Positions 1 through 10,155 of a DNA stretch of 64,000 nt are shown here, piece after piece; position 1 is the first letter of the stretch, and every line of letters begins with the position of its first letter. Origin of the DNA: a virus; IMG/VR virus record IMGVR_UViG_3300048919_000048, positions 87,944 to 151,943 of that record; one strand, 5' to 3'. The notes under the pieces were generated by a model, which saw only the letters and a program-made list of their open reading frames with translations, did not search any database and had not been told where the DNA came from. A program made the position numbers and the translations under genes.

Positions 1-397
1 AGCGAGGCACACCGGAAGACGGATACATATCTGCCTTCATCACGGTAAACCACGTCTGCCCGCCTCCGGAGTCCGGCAGCAACATCTGATCAGAAAGATG
101 CTCTGTGCCCTCTCGTGCTCGGAACAAAAGAGTCTCAGAGTAAACGGTGTAGGAGTCATAGTCCTCTTCACCGCCGATCATCAACTGGTTGTTCTGGTCA
201 CGGATGGCTTTGCCCCGCATCGGTTGGATAGTGCATTCAACGGCAGTGAAGGGGGTGTAAACCACCTCTCGCCCGCCGTTCAGGAACGGACTGTCAGGGT
301 CTGTCTTGACCCACTCACGTTTCCTGCATTGCACCTCGATTCGAGGAATGAGTTTGTTACGGCTTGAGAGCAACGAATAAGCTCTTGGCATCGCCAT
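1..397 (-). CDS. Putative head-closure/neck protein (runs off window edge)
   Basis: Manual translation MAMPRAYSLLSSRNKLIPR...CTIQPMRG...YTVYSET; GGAG RBS; position downstream of head-completion genes; not in ORF track. Confidence 0.6.
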   Translation of the reverse strand, partial: MAMPRAYSLLSSRNKLIPRIEVQCRKREWVKTDPDSPFLNGGREVVYTPFTAVECTIQPMRGKAIRDQNNQLMIGGEEDYDSYTVYSETLLFRAREGTEHLSDQMLLPDSGGGQTWFTVMKADMYPSSGVPR

Positions 398-407
398 CAG
401 TCACTCC

Positions 408-869
408 TTATTTGCCTTGGTACTTGACAACCTTGTACGTTGCCGCACTTGACAAGTCACCATAATGAATCATTGCGTCGTCAAACCCCTTGTAGCTCGC
501 CCAGTCTTTTGATACCTTAGGGTTACTGAATGTCCCAGTGGAGATCGTGAAGCGAATACTATCTGCTGCGTCCTTTCCGATTTTCTCCAAGTAGCTACTG
601 AAGTGGCGACCTTGGATGATCCCGTTGTGCATTCGTTTGATATGCTTCAGGAGACCTTCTTGGAAGTGCAGGGAGGTTGAGAACATGAAGTTACGCTCAG
701 GAAGGTTATTCCAGCCTTCTTCATGGATGGCGGCAAGAGTCGCCATGTTCAGCCCAGAATAGTGTTTCTCGTCGTAAAAACCAGATTCCACTTCTTTCTC
801 AGCTAAATCAGAGAGTTGGCTGAAATACCGCTTCAGTTCAGAGATGTCGGTGAACGACTTCTTTGCCAC
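408..869 (-). CDS. Putative neck/tail-completion protein
   Basis: ATLAAIHEEG...PERNF...KGFDDAMIHYGDL pattern typical of myophage virion morphogenesis proteins; synteny. Confidence 0.65.
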   Translation of the reverse strand: MAKKSFTDISELKRYFSQLSDLAEKEVESGFYDEKHYSGLNMATLAAIHEEGWNNLPERNFMFSTSLHFQEGLLKHIKRMHNGIIQGRHFSSYLEKIGKDAADSIRFTISTGTFSNPKVSKDWASYKGFDDAMIHYGDLSSAATYKVVKYQGK

Positions 870-931
870 GGTATTTCCCCATGAAAGTTATTTTACCACA
901 TTAGGTTAGCAAAAGCAACAAAGTCAACGCT

Positions 932-1459
932 TTAGCGAACCATCCAAGGACTGCGTCTCGCTTGGCTGCAAGGCCATGCTGACTGCTTAGGGATCGCCGG
1001 GGTTGGATACACACCCTGTTCCATAAAGCCGTTCACAGAGTTAGGGTTGTTCTTCACACGGAAGAATTCATCTTTACGTACACCACCAATGATCACGAGG
1101 GCATTGTTGAATCCAAGGGATGGGTCAACATAATCCGGGTTCAGTTCGAGCCAGTCAAGGAAGTCTTTCCATGATTCCCAGCTTGATCCGCCTTTGATGG
1201 AAATAGTCTCGTCACCGATTTTCTCGAATCGCTCACGAATAGATGAAGCACCGCTGGAAACTTCCTGAACAATCAACCAACGGACGCAGTCAACGACGGT
1301 GTTGTACAGGGCCAGTGGGGTTTTATCCGGGTTGTTGTCCAAGTCATACGTCAACTTCCACTTGGTCCAGAAGAAGAGGATCGTCGCATCCGAAATCTCC
1401 TCGGTGGTGATACCACCCAAGAGCATACGGACGATCTCAATTACTTGTTCGTCGGTCAT
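932..1459 (-). CDS. Putative head-tail adaptor
   Basis: VRMLLG N-terminus, EKIGDETISI motif; position after capsid/fibre genes. Confidence 0.6.
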   Translation of the reverse strand: MTDEQVIEIVRMLLGGITTEEISDATILFFWTKWKLTYDLDNNPDKTPLALYNTVVDCVRWLIVQEVSSGASSIRERFEKIGDETISIKGGSSWESWKDFLDWLELNPDYVDPSLGFNNALVIIGGVRKDEFFRVKNNPNSVNGFMEQGVYPTPAIPKQSAWPCSQARRSPWMVR

Positions 1460-1525
1460 AAAAGGGGCCTCCAGTAAGGGTAGACTTCATGTTACCATAT
1501 TTTGCACAAAAAGTCATTGACAGAC

Positions 1526-1551
1526 AAAAAGAAAGCCGCCCGAAGGCGGCT
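1526..1551 (-). terminator. Rho-independent terminator
   Basis: AGCCGCC-cgaa-GGCGGCT hairpin (UUCG loop on minus strand) followed by T-tract. Confidence 0.85.
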
Positions 1552-1555
1552 GTAC

Positions 1556-2365
1556 TTAGTTGGTGTACAACTTGATTTGAACTTCAAGGAATGTTAAGTT
1601 CATATCAACCCCGGTGGTATTGACAAGCCACAGGGTACAACCATCCACAGTAAAGGGGTCGGTTACGGTGTGGGTCCAAGAGTCCAAGGAGATTGCACCC
1701 CTGTCCAGTGATGTACCGGAAACCTTTACCCTCGTGGCTGCTGCCAGTTGAGTTGTACCGTCGGCACGACGCAAGTCAACACGCCATTCACGGGCTTGGT
1801 TAGCACCGCCTGACAGTTCGCCTTGAAGTCGAACAACAAATCGGACATCTCGCCAGCCGTCCACTGCTGGGAACTTGGCTACCCCAGTCGAGGAATTGAA
1901 ATCAATCTGTGCGTTACTGTCCGCCAACAGTGCCCAACCAGGCGCGGTCCCGATGTTAAGGGACTGTCCATTTGTGATGGTGATTGCGTTAGTTGTTCTT
2001 CGAACATCAATGCTGAAGACGGCACCATCATCTCCCGCCGGGCCTTGTGTTCCTTGAGTCCCTTGCGGACCTTGGATTCCCTGAATACCTTGGTCGCCTT
2101 TATCTCCTTTCGGCCCAGTAGCACCAGTCAGTCCAGTGTCTCCCTTCAGACCTTGTTCACCCGCCGGGCCTGTAGGGCCTGCCGGGCCAATTGGTCCTTG
2201 GGGTCCTGGGTCGCCAGGGTCTCCCTTATCCCCTTTTGGTCCCACAGTTCCTCCCCCGGAACCGATCGAGGCAAAAGGAATCATCGTCTCTGACTGGAGG
2301 TCATACAATGCATACCCAAAGTATACACCGTTTTGCTCTCCCGTAATACCTCTTAGTGTTGCCAT
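1556..2365 (-). CDS. Collagen-like fibre protein with C-terminal beta-rich head
   Basis: About 24 G-X-Y triplets followed by a ~150-aa beta-rich domain. Confidence 0.75.
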   Translation of the reverse strand: MATLRGITGEQNGVYFGYALYDLQSETMIPFASIGSGGGTVGPKGDKGDPGDPGPQGPIGPAGPTGPAGEQGLKGDTGLTGATGPKGDKGDQGIQGIQGPQGTQGTQGPAGDDGAVFSIDVRRTTNAITITNGQSLNIGTAPGWALLADSNAQIDFNSSTGVAKFPAVDGWRDVRFVVRLQGELSGGANQAREWRVDLRRADGTTQLAAATRVKVSGTSLDRGAISLDSWTHTVTDPFTVDGCTLWLVNTTGVDMNLTFLEVQIKLYTN

Positions 2366-2408
2366 ACTGACTCCTTATACAGAAAAACCGCCCCGAAGGG
2401 CGGCTTTA

Positions 2409-2804
2409 TTATGCTCCCGGAGCAAACAATCCTGTAGCCCTGATAGCAGCTAGCAGATTGTTGAAATCCGCCATTGTCGGATCAGCGGTGATATTTGGGA
2501 AATCTCCTTGGAGAACCCCACCACGCTGTGTTGTAGTTGGAACCTTATTCCCAGCCATTGCTGTGGTTCCAGTTGTACCGATAACAAGGTCGGATGTTCC
2601 AGCGCCGATCGCTGAACGGGCAGTAGCTTGGTCTGCCCCAGCCGCGATAACAGCAGGTTTGTCAGTCACGTCAGCCCATGCTACAGAGCCGCCGCCACCG
2701 CTGCCTTCAAAAAGTTCAGTCAGGGTTTTAGTTTCCCCGGTTGCCTGATCCATGATCTGGTAACCAGTCAGTGTGCCGAGTGATGCACCGCCAATTGCTG
2801 CCAT
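2409..2804 (-). CDS. Head fibre protein
   Basis: VAWADVTDKP repeat and C-terminal PTMADFNNLLAAIRATGL head-fibre motif. Confidence 0.7.
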   Translation of the reverse strand: MAAIGGASLGTLTGYQIMDQATGETKTLTELFEGSGGGGSVAWADVTDKPAVIAAGADQATARSAIGAGTSDLVIGTTGTTAMAGNKVPTTTQRGGVLQGDFPNITADPTMADFNNLLAAIRATGLFAPGA

Positions 2805-2805
2805 G

Positions 2806-3456
2806 TTATTCTCCTACAAAAGTAGTTGGGACTTCAGGGATGTCTGTGATGACAGAGGTGTCGTACACAGATTTTACGTAGGCCAGGAGGTTTTGGTGGA
2901 CCTTCCCGGTTGCGACCATAATCGCATCAATCTTCGCCACTGCGTCTGCGGAAGGCAAAGTAAGGGTTGAAAAATCCGTTTTACGGATTAGAATGTCTTT
3001 GTCAGGATGGGCTTGAGCATACGCCTTGATGGTGTCGAGGTTGATAAGCTCACGAGGCTCAACCGAGAAAGTATCCCCGTCAACAGTTACCCCGGCAGAC
3101 AGGTCTGCGGTATACTGCTGGTAGGCACGGCTACGATGATCTTCTTTGGCCCGGACCAAGTTCTCTGCGATCTCTTCAGGATAGAAATCACGAGCTACCC
3201 AAGTCTTGTACCAGAGGTCATCGTCAGGATTTAGTTTGGGAGTTCCCTCTGTGACAACATCACCGACAGGGATCTCTGAGTCATGAACCATGCAATAACC
3301 CCACAGGTCACGCATGTCAGCTTCCCATACATAAGAGCCGATACTGACGTTGGTATGCTCTTTCAGGAAGTCACTGAGGTAAACGGGGTATTTCATGTCG
3401 GACATGCGAATCATCGGTGTCCAAGCATAAACCTTGCTGGTAGGATCTACAGCCAT
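2806..3456 (-). CDS. Putative fibre assembly chaperone (DUF4376-like)
   Basis: Start moved to MAVDPTSK (GGAG RBS ~3462); directly downstream of long fibre gene; helical C-terminal half with GVTVDGDTF motif. Confidence 0.5.
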   Translation of the reverse strand: MAVDPTSKVYAWTPMIRMSDMKYPVYLSDFLKEHTNVSIGSYVWEADMRDLWGYCMVHDSEIPVGDVVTEGTPKLNPDDDLWYKTWVARDFYPEEIAENLVRAKEDHRSRAYQQYTADLSAGVTVDGDTFSVEPRELINLDTIKAYAQAHPDKDILIRKTDFSTLTLPSADAVAKIDAIMVATGKVHQNLLAYVKSVYDTSVITDIPEVPTTFVGE

Positions 3457-3494
3457 TTGGATCTCCTTTAAAGGGGCCGAAGCCCCTTTTGGTA

Positions 3495-6400
3495 TTAGTC
3501 TACAGTCATCGCCTGAACACCCGTCAGGTCCGTGCCGTCCCAGAAGAACGTCAGGATGGTACGGGTTGTACCAAGCGCAGGCTGGGTTCCGTTTGACCAA
3601 GCCATCGGGGTAGGCCACGTCATAGAGCCGCCTTTACCGATGAACTTAACAACTACCGTCATCGCACGGCCTGCTGGCAGGTTGGAGATGGTAATTGTCT
3701 TGGACGTGGTTCCGTCAACGGTGAACACGTTAGACACAGCAGCATCCAGCGCACCAGTGGCAGACATCACACGGAGGTCGTAACGGTCAAGCTTCTTCCA
3801 CGCACCGTTTGAACGGACGTAGTAGCCGGAATCCTGAGGCGCTTCAAGAACGCTGATCAGTGTCCAGTCACCGTCGATACGGGAATACTGCTTACCATCC
3901 TTAGGTGCATCGTAGACGTTACCACCACCCATGTGGCCCAGAGAACCCCAAGTGGTTGCGTTTGTCTTCAGGAAGAACTCAAGGGTAGAGGAGTTCAGGA
4001 AGTAATCCCCGACACGTCCATCAGCAGGGGTAGGGTTACGGGCAAACACGATCCACAAGGAACCTTGGTCACCTTTATCACCTTTAACACCCTGAGGTCC
4101 GGTAGGACCTGTGTTACCTTGAGGACCAGTAGGTCCGATTGGACCTTGGATAGGACCCAAGTTTTCGTAGGCAGAACCCGTCCAACCCCAGAAATCGCCA
4201 TCGATCAGGTAACCCTGTCCCAGCGTCCCGGTTGGCGGCAGTTCAGAACTGCTGTTCAGCTTACCGATGATTTCTACACCCGGACCCATGTCACCTTGAG
4301 GACCCTGAGGACCGATATCCCCCTTGTCACCCTTAGGACCTTGTGCCCCAGTGGCACCAGTTTCACCTGTGGCACCTGTAGGACCAACTGGACCACGAAC
4401 AACGCCCATGTTAACCCAAGTGCTGCCGTTCCAAGAGAAGCCTGTTCCGGTGTCCTCGGTCACGTAGTAATCACCGACGGTGTTACCAGATGACGGCAGG
4501 GAGCCTTGGTTAGGGACAGTCCCTTTAGGGATTACTCCTGCACCATTATCGCCAGTGTCGCCCTTCGGACCAGCAGGTCCGGTATCACCAGTGTCGCCTT
4601 TAGGTCCGGTGTTACCACGTGCCATCCCGGTATTAACCCACTGGAGGCCGTCCCAAGCAAATCCTTCACCTGTGTCAACAGTTGTCCAGAAGTCACCCTT
4701 CACGTTGTCGGTGGTAGGGAGGGAAGCTTCGTTAGGAACAGTGCCTTTCGGATTCAGGCCAGTACCTTGTGGACCAACGTCACCTTGGTCACCTTTTGGA
4801 CCTTGTTCGCCCGCCGGGCCAGCAGGTCCGGTAGCGCCAGTGTCACCTTTAGGCCCGGCTGGACCCTGCGCTCCAGTATCACCCTTCGGACCACGAACTG
4901 GTCCAACGTTCTGCCATGCAGTACCGTTAAAGATGTACAGGTCGTCACCGATCAGCCATGCATCACCCGTCACCGGATTTGCAGGAAGATCTGCTTCGCT
5001 CGCTTTCTCACCAAGGATAGCTACACCTTCACCAACAGGACCTTGAGGACCTGTCAGGCCAGTGTTACCACGTGGACCCTGAGGGCCAGTGTCACCTTTT
5101 GCACCTTTCAGGCTGGCAAGATATTCGTTCAGCGAACCTGTGAATCCAGCTTCAACCGCAAGAGCATAGTTGTCCTTACCAGTTGCGCCCGGGTCGCCTT
5201 TCACGCCCTGAGGGCCTTGAGGGCCAGTATCGCCCGTATCACCTTTAGGGCCTTGGAATGCCCCGAGGTTCTCCCAGTTTCCGTTACCAGTTGATACCCA
5301 AACATCCGTGCCGATCAGGTATGCATCACCTGCATCTGCTCCGGCAGGGAGACTACCTTCGTCTGCTACCTTACCGAGAATGTTGATGGCGTTGGCGTTT
5401 GTACCGTCTACACCGGGATCACCCTTATCGCCCTTCGGCCCGGTTGGTCCGGTTGGTCCGATGAGAGAGTTCAGGAAGTCAACCTGAGAACCAGTGTGAC
5501 CGTTATCCAGCCAAACCTGATACGCAGACTTACCTTCCGGCCCGACTTGGCCTACAGTTTGCCATTTATCGGTGTCACCTGTCCAGACATACATCTTGTC
5601 TTGGATGATGTAGCAATCGCCGTTGCTGTTGCCTTCCATTGGGAGGAAGGATGGATCAGGGAAAGATCCGAGGATCTGGAGACCGATGCCGTCAGCCCCT
5701 TTCAGGGAACTCAGCCATTCGTCCTCTGTCCCAACGAAGCCTGCGTTAACTGCGACTTCATACGCAGACAGACCCTGAGGACCAGCAAAGCTGCCGAGGT
5801 TTTTCCACTGCTTAACGCCACCCTCTTCTACCACCGTCCAGAAGTTCTGGTTGATGACGTAAGTGTCGCCGAGTTCCATATCCGCAACTGGTGGCAACTG
5901 GGTAACATCACTCAGTTGGTCGATGACGTTGATGCCGATCCCTGCTGGGCCTTTAGGACCTTCCGGACCACGGGCACCCTGTGCCCCGGCTGGGCCAGCG
6001 GGACCTGTTGCACCTTGAGGGCCAGTTTCGCCCTGAGGACCTTGTGGTCCTGTCAAACCTTCTGGGCCTTCCGGACCCTGTGGTCCTGTTGGACCAATCG
6101 GACCTTGCGGCCCGGTAGCACCAGTGTCGCCCTTATCACCCTTGACAGTCTCGACGAAAATACCGTCAGACTTCATCTCGATCTTGTTCGCCGGGTCAGC
6201 AGAGATTTTGGTCTCTTGCGGGCGAACATACATAGCGCCTTGGCGGATTTCGAGCATGTTGTCCTGTGCAGTGGACACAGGGACATTCAGGCCAGCAGAA
6301 CCAGCCTTCAGGGCGTTCTGAGCACTTGGATCAACAATCACATCAATCTGAGTCTTGGCCTTCCCGGTAGGGTCAGCTTTGATATCCAGAGTCTTGTTTG

Positions 6401-6776
6401 GTGACGTGGTTGATACGTTGACAGGATCGGAGTATACTCCTTCCAGCGCTGGGTTACCAGCGTTAGCTGCATCCTGTGCAGAAATGTACGTTACCGTGTT
6501 CCCTTCTTTTGAGGAAATCTTGGTGTCGGAACTTCCAACAAAGAGGCCCTGTTCGTCTGAGGAGCTTACCACCTGGAGGCGGTTACCTGCACGACGGGAT
6601 ACGTTGACATTTGCCAGAAGAGGAGAGGATTGAGTACCATCACCGATCAGTGTGGTAGATACGGTGTCTTGTGTCTCGATCCCCGTGAAAGGGGCACCAG
6701 ACCCACCTGAGGTGCTCGTAGAAGGATCTGGTACGGTAACCAGTACCTCTACGACCTTATCTTCGTATTGTGCCAT
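3495..6776 (-). CDS. Long collagen-like fibre with repeated knob domains and tandem foldon-like motifs
   Basis: G-X-Y runs alternating with 7-8 copies of G..I.G.....LP....GD.Y......W.G..W.N.G; three SAY/NY..A...GF.G...E.L.SL.G motifs; DAPKDGKQYSRIDGDW and EAPQDSGYYVRSNGAW resemble T4 fibritin foldon. Confidence 0.85.
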   Translation of the reverse strand: MAQYEDKVVEVLVTVPDPSTSTSGGSGAPFTGIETQDTVSTTLIGDGTQSSPLLANVNVSRRAGNRLQVVSSSDEQGLFVGSSDTKISSKEGNTVTYISAQDAANAGNPALEGVYSDPVNVSTTSPNKTLDIKADPTGKAKTQIDVIVDPSAQNALKAGSAGLNVPVSTAQDNMLEIRQGAMYVRPQETKISADPANKIEMKSDGIFVETVKGDKGDTGATGPQGPIGPTGPQGPEGPEGLTGPQGPQGETGPQGATGPAGPAGAQGARGPEGPKGPAGIGINVIDQLSDVTQLPPVADMELGDTYVINQNFWTVVEEGGVKQWKNLGSFAGPQGLSAYEVAVNAGFVGTEDEWLSSLKGADGIGLQILGSFPDPSFLPMEGNSNGDCYIIQDKMYVWTGDTDKWQTVGQVGPEGKSAYQVWLDNGHTGSQVDFLNSLIGPTGPTGPKGDKGDPGVDGTNANAINILGKVADEGSLPAGADAGDAYLIGTDVWVSTGNGNWENLGAFQGPKGDTGDTGPQGPQGVKGDPGATGKDNYALAVEAGFTGSLNEYLASLKGAKGDTGPQGPRGNTGLTGPQGPVGEGVAILGEKASEADLPANPVTGDAWLIGDDLYIFNGTAWQNVGPVRGPKGDTGAQGPAGPKGDTGATGPAGPAGEQGPKGDQGDVGPQGTGLNPKGTVPNEASLPTTDNVKGDFWTTVDTGEGFAWDGLQWVNTGMARGNTGPKGDTGDTGPAGPKGDTGDNGAGVIPKGTVPNQGSLPSSGNTVGDYYVTEDTGTGFSWNGSTWVNMGVVRGPVGPTGATGETGATGAQGPKGDKGDIGPQGPQGDMGPGVEIIGKLNSSSELPPTGTLGQGYLIDGDFWGWTGSAYENLGPIQGPIGPTGPQGNTGPTGPQGVKGDKGDQGSLWIVFARNPTPADGRVGDYFLNSSTLEFFLKTNATTWGSLGHMGGGNVYDAPKDGKQYSRIDGDWTLISVLEAPQDSGYYVRSNGAWKKLDRYDLRVMSATGALDAAVSNVFTVDGTTSKTITISNLPAGRAMTVVVKFIGKGGSMTWPTPMAWSNGTQPALGTTRTILTFFWDGTDLTGVQAMTVD

Positions 6777-6834
6777 TACTTACTTCTCCGGGGAAGGGAT
6801 GGGAGAGATGGCCCCGTGAAGGGGCCGGAGGGAA

Positions 6835-7437
6835 TTACAGTGCAGCTTTCAGATCTTCCAACATTGCATCGAAAGTCTTAGCCTTGCTCAGGGAGATTCC
6901 CAGAGTCAGGGCGTAGGATTCCAGAGCGGCCTTTGCAGCAGCTTTCTTGGTATCGTCACGCAGAGTTTCTGCATGGGCGAGGATCTCTGCCTTTTCTTCA
7001 TCAGTGCGAGAAGAAACAGCTTTTTCCTCAACTTCTTCCTTGACTTCTGACGTTGGTTCGATTACAGTTGTCTGTACCAAACCAGCGAGAGGAGAAACTT
7101 CCTCAACGTCAGGAGGGATAACGTTGGCGCGGGCCACACGGATCTCTTCGACATTCGCCAAGAATTTCTCTGGGGTCTTAGGTGTCTCATGGAAGAAAAT
7201 GAGGAACGCCGCACCCTTACGGACAGAGGCGACAGTGTTGATTCCCAACGCCGTCATTTCCTCGATCTGAGTCAGGAATTCATACAGGTTACGGCCCATG
7301 ACGAGTTCATTGTCATAGGAATAAAGGAAAGGTGCCAGGCGGGCTGATGCATCTACATCCAGTTTCGGCAGGTATTGACCGAAGAACTTCAGCATGTGAT
7401 ATTCGCTCTGGAACACTTCCATATGCGGTTGTGCCAT
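6835..7437 (-). CDS. Hypothetical protein, C-terminal HeH/Rho-N-like helical motif
   Basis: 200-aa ORF with RBS; LESYALTLGISLSKAKTFDAML C-terminus. Confidence 0.5.
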   Translation of the reverse strand: MAQPHMEVFQSEYHMLKFFGQYLPKLDVDASARLAPFLYSYDNELVMGRNLYEFLTQIEEMTALGINTVASVRKGAAFLIFFHETPKTPEKFLANVEEIRVARANVIPPDVEEVSPLAGLVQTTVIEPTSEVKEEVEEKAVSSRTDEEKAEILAHAETLRDDTKKAAAKAALESYALTLGISLSKAKTFDAMLEDLKAAL

Positions 7438-7525
7438 TATAGGATACTCCTTCGTTGTGAATCAAAAGCCTATCTTACAATGGTACACTATTTTGGTTAA
7501 AATGTACAGTTATACCGGAACCAAT

Positions 7526-7554
7526 AAAAAAGGCCACCCGAAGGTGACCTTTTT
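7526..7554 (-). terminator. Terminator after major capsid gene (bidirectional)
   Basis: AAAAAAGGCCACC-cgaa-GGTGACCTTTTT. Confidence 0.85.
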
Positions 7555-7557
7555 CAA

Positions 7558-8556
7558 TTATGCAGTGAACTTACCTGTTGACTTAACAACCAGTTCAGGA
7601 CGGTTGTTTACGGTCAGGAAGGAAGTCTCAGATTCGATCTTCGCTTCACGCAGGTAGTTGGACTCTTTGAAGAACACGTACAGTTCCTGAGCCACCTGGT
7701 TTGCATCACGCAGGGTGTCGCTCGGAGCGTAGTAGATCTCGAACATACGAGAGATACCACGTGGGAAGATATACGCTTCACCTGCCGGGATGTTACCGGA
7801 GATATCTTCGATGAACAGGATGTTCTTGTGTTCGAAGATACGGTTGTTAGCGTTACCGCCCAGACGACGACGCAGCATTTCCTGAGTGGATGGGTACTGA
7901 GAGTACGCACCAGTCACCTGTGGGTGAGCGATCAGAGCGGAGAACCACTGACGGGACGCCAGAACGACGATCTCGTAGTTGTCACCGTTGTCACCAGCCC
8001 AGTCGATGATGTGAGCACGAGCTTCAGCTTCCAGAACCTCGATTGGGTCAACACCCAGTTTGGTGAAGTCTACGTCAGCCGTAGTCTGGGTTGCACCCCA
8101 AACGTCGTAGTAGTCGTAGTCACAGGTCGGGTCATCCGGAGACCAAGAGGTGCCCTTCAGAGCAGCATACATGGCTTTGGACTTCAGGATCGCATGGCTG
8201 CGACGGATACGTGCCATGTGGCGCTGAACTTCAGCGTCAACCGTGGCTGGGGCGTTCTCGGTGCCGAACTCACGGAAGTTCTGGATATCAGCACGGTCGA
8301 TGGAACGGTCCAGTGGGAAGAACGGAATGTTCAGGTTGATGATCTTTTTACGATCGTTCGCCAGGTGCTGACGTACACCACCACGCTGAACAGCCTTGAT
8401 GTCACCAGCGCCGTCATCACGACGCTCGATACGAGCCACAGTGGTACGACCATAGTGTTCGGAGAACAGGTTCATGCTCTGGAGCAGAGTGTCCACACGT
8501 GGCATGGTAGAGATCAGGCCAGTGTAGTCAAGAATCTGGAAATCACCGTTTTGCAT
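7558..8556 (-). CDS. Major capsid protein
   Basis: 332 aa, lambda gpE-like features (IPFFPLDRSI...YYAPSD...IESETSFL..NNRPELVV), strong codon bias, follows decoration gene. Confidence 0.9.
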   Translation of the reverse strand: MQNGDFQILDYTGLISTMPRVDTLLQSMNLFSEHYGRTTVARIERRDDGAGDIKAVQRGGVRQHLANDRKKIINLNIPFFPLDRSIDRADIQNFREFGTENAPATVDAEVQRHMARIRRSHAILKSKAMYAALKGTSWSPDDPTCDYDYYDVWGATQTTADVDFTKLGVDPIEVLEAEARAHIIDWAGDNGDNYEIVVLASRQWFSALIAHPQVTGAYSQYPSTQEMLRRRLGGNANNRIFEHKNILFIEDISGNIPAGEAYIFPRGISRMFEIYYAPSDTLRDANQVAQELYVFFKESNYLREAKIESETSFLTVNNRPELVVKSTGKFTA

Positions 8557-8575
8557 TTAAATATCTCCTGTTGAA

Positions 8576-9034
8576 TTACAGTACGGAACCGATGAACTGG
8601 GTGCCGACAATCTTATCAGTTACCTGGTTACCTTGGGCTTCCAGAACCTTGATACCTGCGGCGTCGATCGCGGTGCCGTCAGCGTATTTGACTTTCAGAG
8701 CGTTCAGGGTCAGGCCGCGAACCGCCAGAACCATAGGAACTTTCTCGCCTGGTGTGAAAACACCAACGTAGTGTTCAACACCCGGCAGAACCTTACGGTC
8801 AACCAGAACACCGTAGATGTCAGCAGCGTCAGCAGGAGCGGCAACCGGAGTACCGTCTTCTTTTACCAACAGGCCAGCAAACAGGGTAGTTTTTGAATCC
8901 GCAGCCGCGCCGGATGCGATAAAGGTCATATCCACTTCTTTGAAGTTCCAGCCAGTGTCACCGAAGGCAACAACACGGCCCAGAACGATATCGGAGTAGT
9001 TACCTTCGAGGGTAGCAACGTGTGCTTTAGCCAT
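8576..9034 (-). CDS. Head decoration/stabilisation protein
   Basis: Position between scaffold and MCP; YGVLVD...LAVRG motif. Confidence 0.75.
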   Translation of the reverse strand: MAKAHVATLEGNYSDIVLGRVVAFGDTGWNFKEVDMTFIASGAAADSKTTLFAGLLVKEDGTPVAAPADAADIYGVLVDRKVLPGVEHYVGVFTPGEKVPMVLAVRGLTLNALKVKYADGTAIDAAGIKVLEAQGNQVTDKIVGTQFIGSVL

Positions 9035-9051
9035 TTTTAGGGGTCTCCAGA

Positions 9052-10155
9052 TTAGGCGTTAATGAATTCAGCAGAGCCAGAAGCTTTCGCCAGTTCTGCT
9101 TGACGTTCTTTGATCACACGGTCCAGACGGGCCTGTGCATCTTCGGAACCCTTGGCGACTTCGGTCAGGGTGCCGTCAGCACCGATGCCTTTGCCATCAG
9201 CGAAGGATTTTTTAATCTGCTCGATCTCTGCATCTTTAGCAACAAGAGCGTCGTCTTTTGCTTTCAGATCAGCGGCAGCTTTTTCCAGTACAGAAACCAA
9301 GACGGCCTGCGCTGGGTTTTCGATCACATCGGCAACAACTTCACGCTGGTCAGCAGCTACGAAGGAAAAGCCGGAGGCTTTCTCAATAGCTACGGCGCGT
9401 TTAGCTGCCAGTTGAGCCTTAACGATTTCCTCAGCAGCACCAAAGGTTTTCTGCATAGAGGTCATCTGGGCAACCAGAGCTTCATTGGCCTTCATCAGAT
9501 CAATGAACTGCTGGGATTTGGTTACGTCAACTTCTTTCTCCACGGGATTCTCCTCGATGGTGTTGGTAGATGCTCCAGCGGAGCTTTCAGTTGGTGCCTC
9601 AGCAGTAGACTTTTGTGTTTCCACAACAGGCTTGACTTCTGGAGCAGGTTCGGTTACAGTCTTATCACCGAAGTCGATACCCAAGTCACGGCAACCGTCT
9701 TCAAAGTCCTTGCGGGCCTTGATAAGCTCGAACTGTTCCATAAGGGACAATTCTGCGCCGTCACGGGCCTTTTTGATGATGGATACGGAGGCGAGTTTTT
9801 CATCCAGGTATTCCTGGTGTTTCTCGTTCCATTCCGCTTCCCATGAGTCATCATTAGGCGGGTTATCTTCGATGGACTGTTCGAACTCGGTTTTCATCCC
9901 AAGCACCTTGGTGAGCAACTCAGCGTCTCCACTCCACAAATGGAAGAAGCGGCGCAGGTACTCTTCCATGGAGATGGTGAGCGTAACCTGTTCGAGAGAT
10001 TTAAGGATGTCAACCGTGAGCTTGTCAGGGTCAACTTCAGATTTGGTCAGGAGGCTGACGTGGCGGTTATTCGCGCTGTAGCCCTGATCTTTGTGAGTGA
10101 GAGCAATGCCGCGAGACTTAATCTTGCGACCTTTCTCGATCCACGTCTTGATCAT
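9052..10155 (-). CDS. Scaffold/prohead core protein
   Basis: Ala/Glu/Lys-rich coiled-coil C-terminus; position after protease. Confidence 0.7.
   Translation of the reverse strand: MIKTWIEKGRKIKSRGIALTHKDQGYSANNRHVSLLTKSEVDPDKLTVDILKSLEQVTLTISMEEYLRRFFHLWSGDAELLTKVLGMKTEFEQSIEDNPPNDDSWEAEWNEKHQEYLDEKLASVSIIKKARDGAELSLMEQFELIKARKDFEDGCRDLGIDFGDKTVTEPAPEVKPVVETQKSTAEAPTESSAGASTNTIEENPVEKEVDVTKSQQFIDLMKANEALVAQMTSMQKTFGAAEEIVKAQLAAKRAVAIEKASGFSFVAADQREVVADVIENPAQAVLVSVLEKAAADLKAKDDALVAKDAEIEQIKKSFADGKGIGADGTLTEVAKGSEDAQARLDRVIKERQAELAKASGSAEFINA

Noticed and set aside
3495-6776. Repeats as CRISPR array or DGR template
   Set aside because: Repeats are protein-level (G-X-Y, knob domains) with degenerate DNA; no cas or reverse transcriptase in window.
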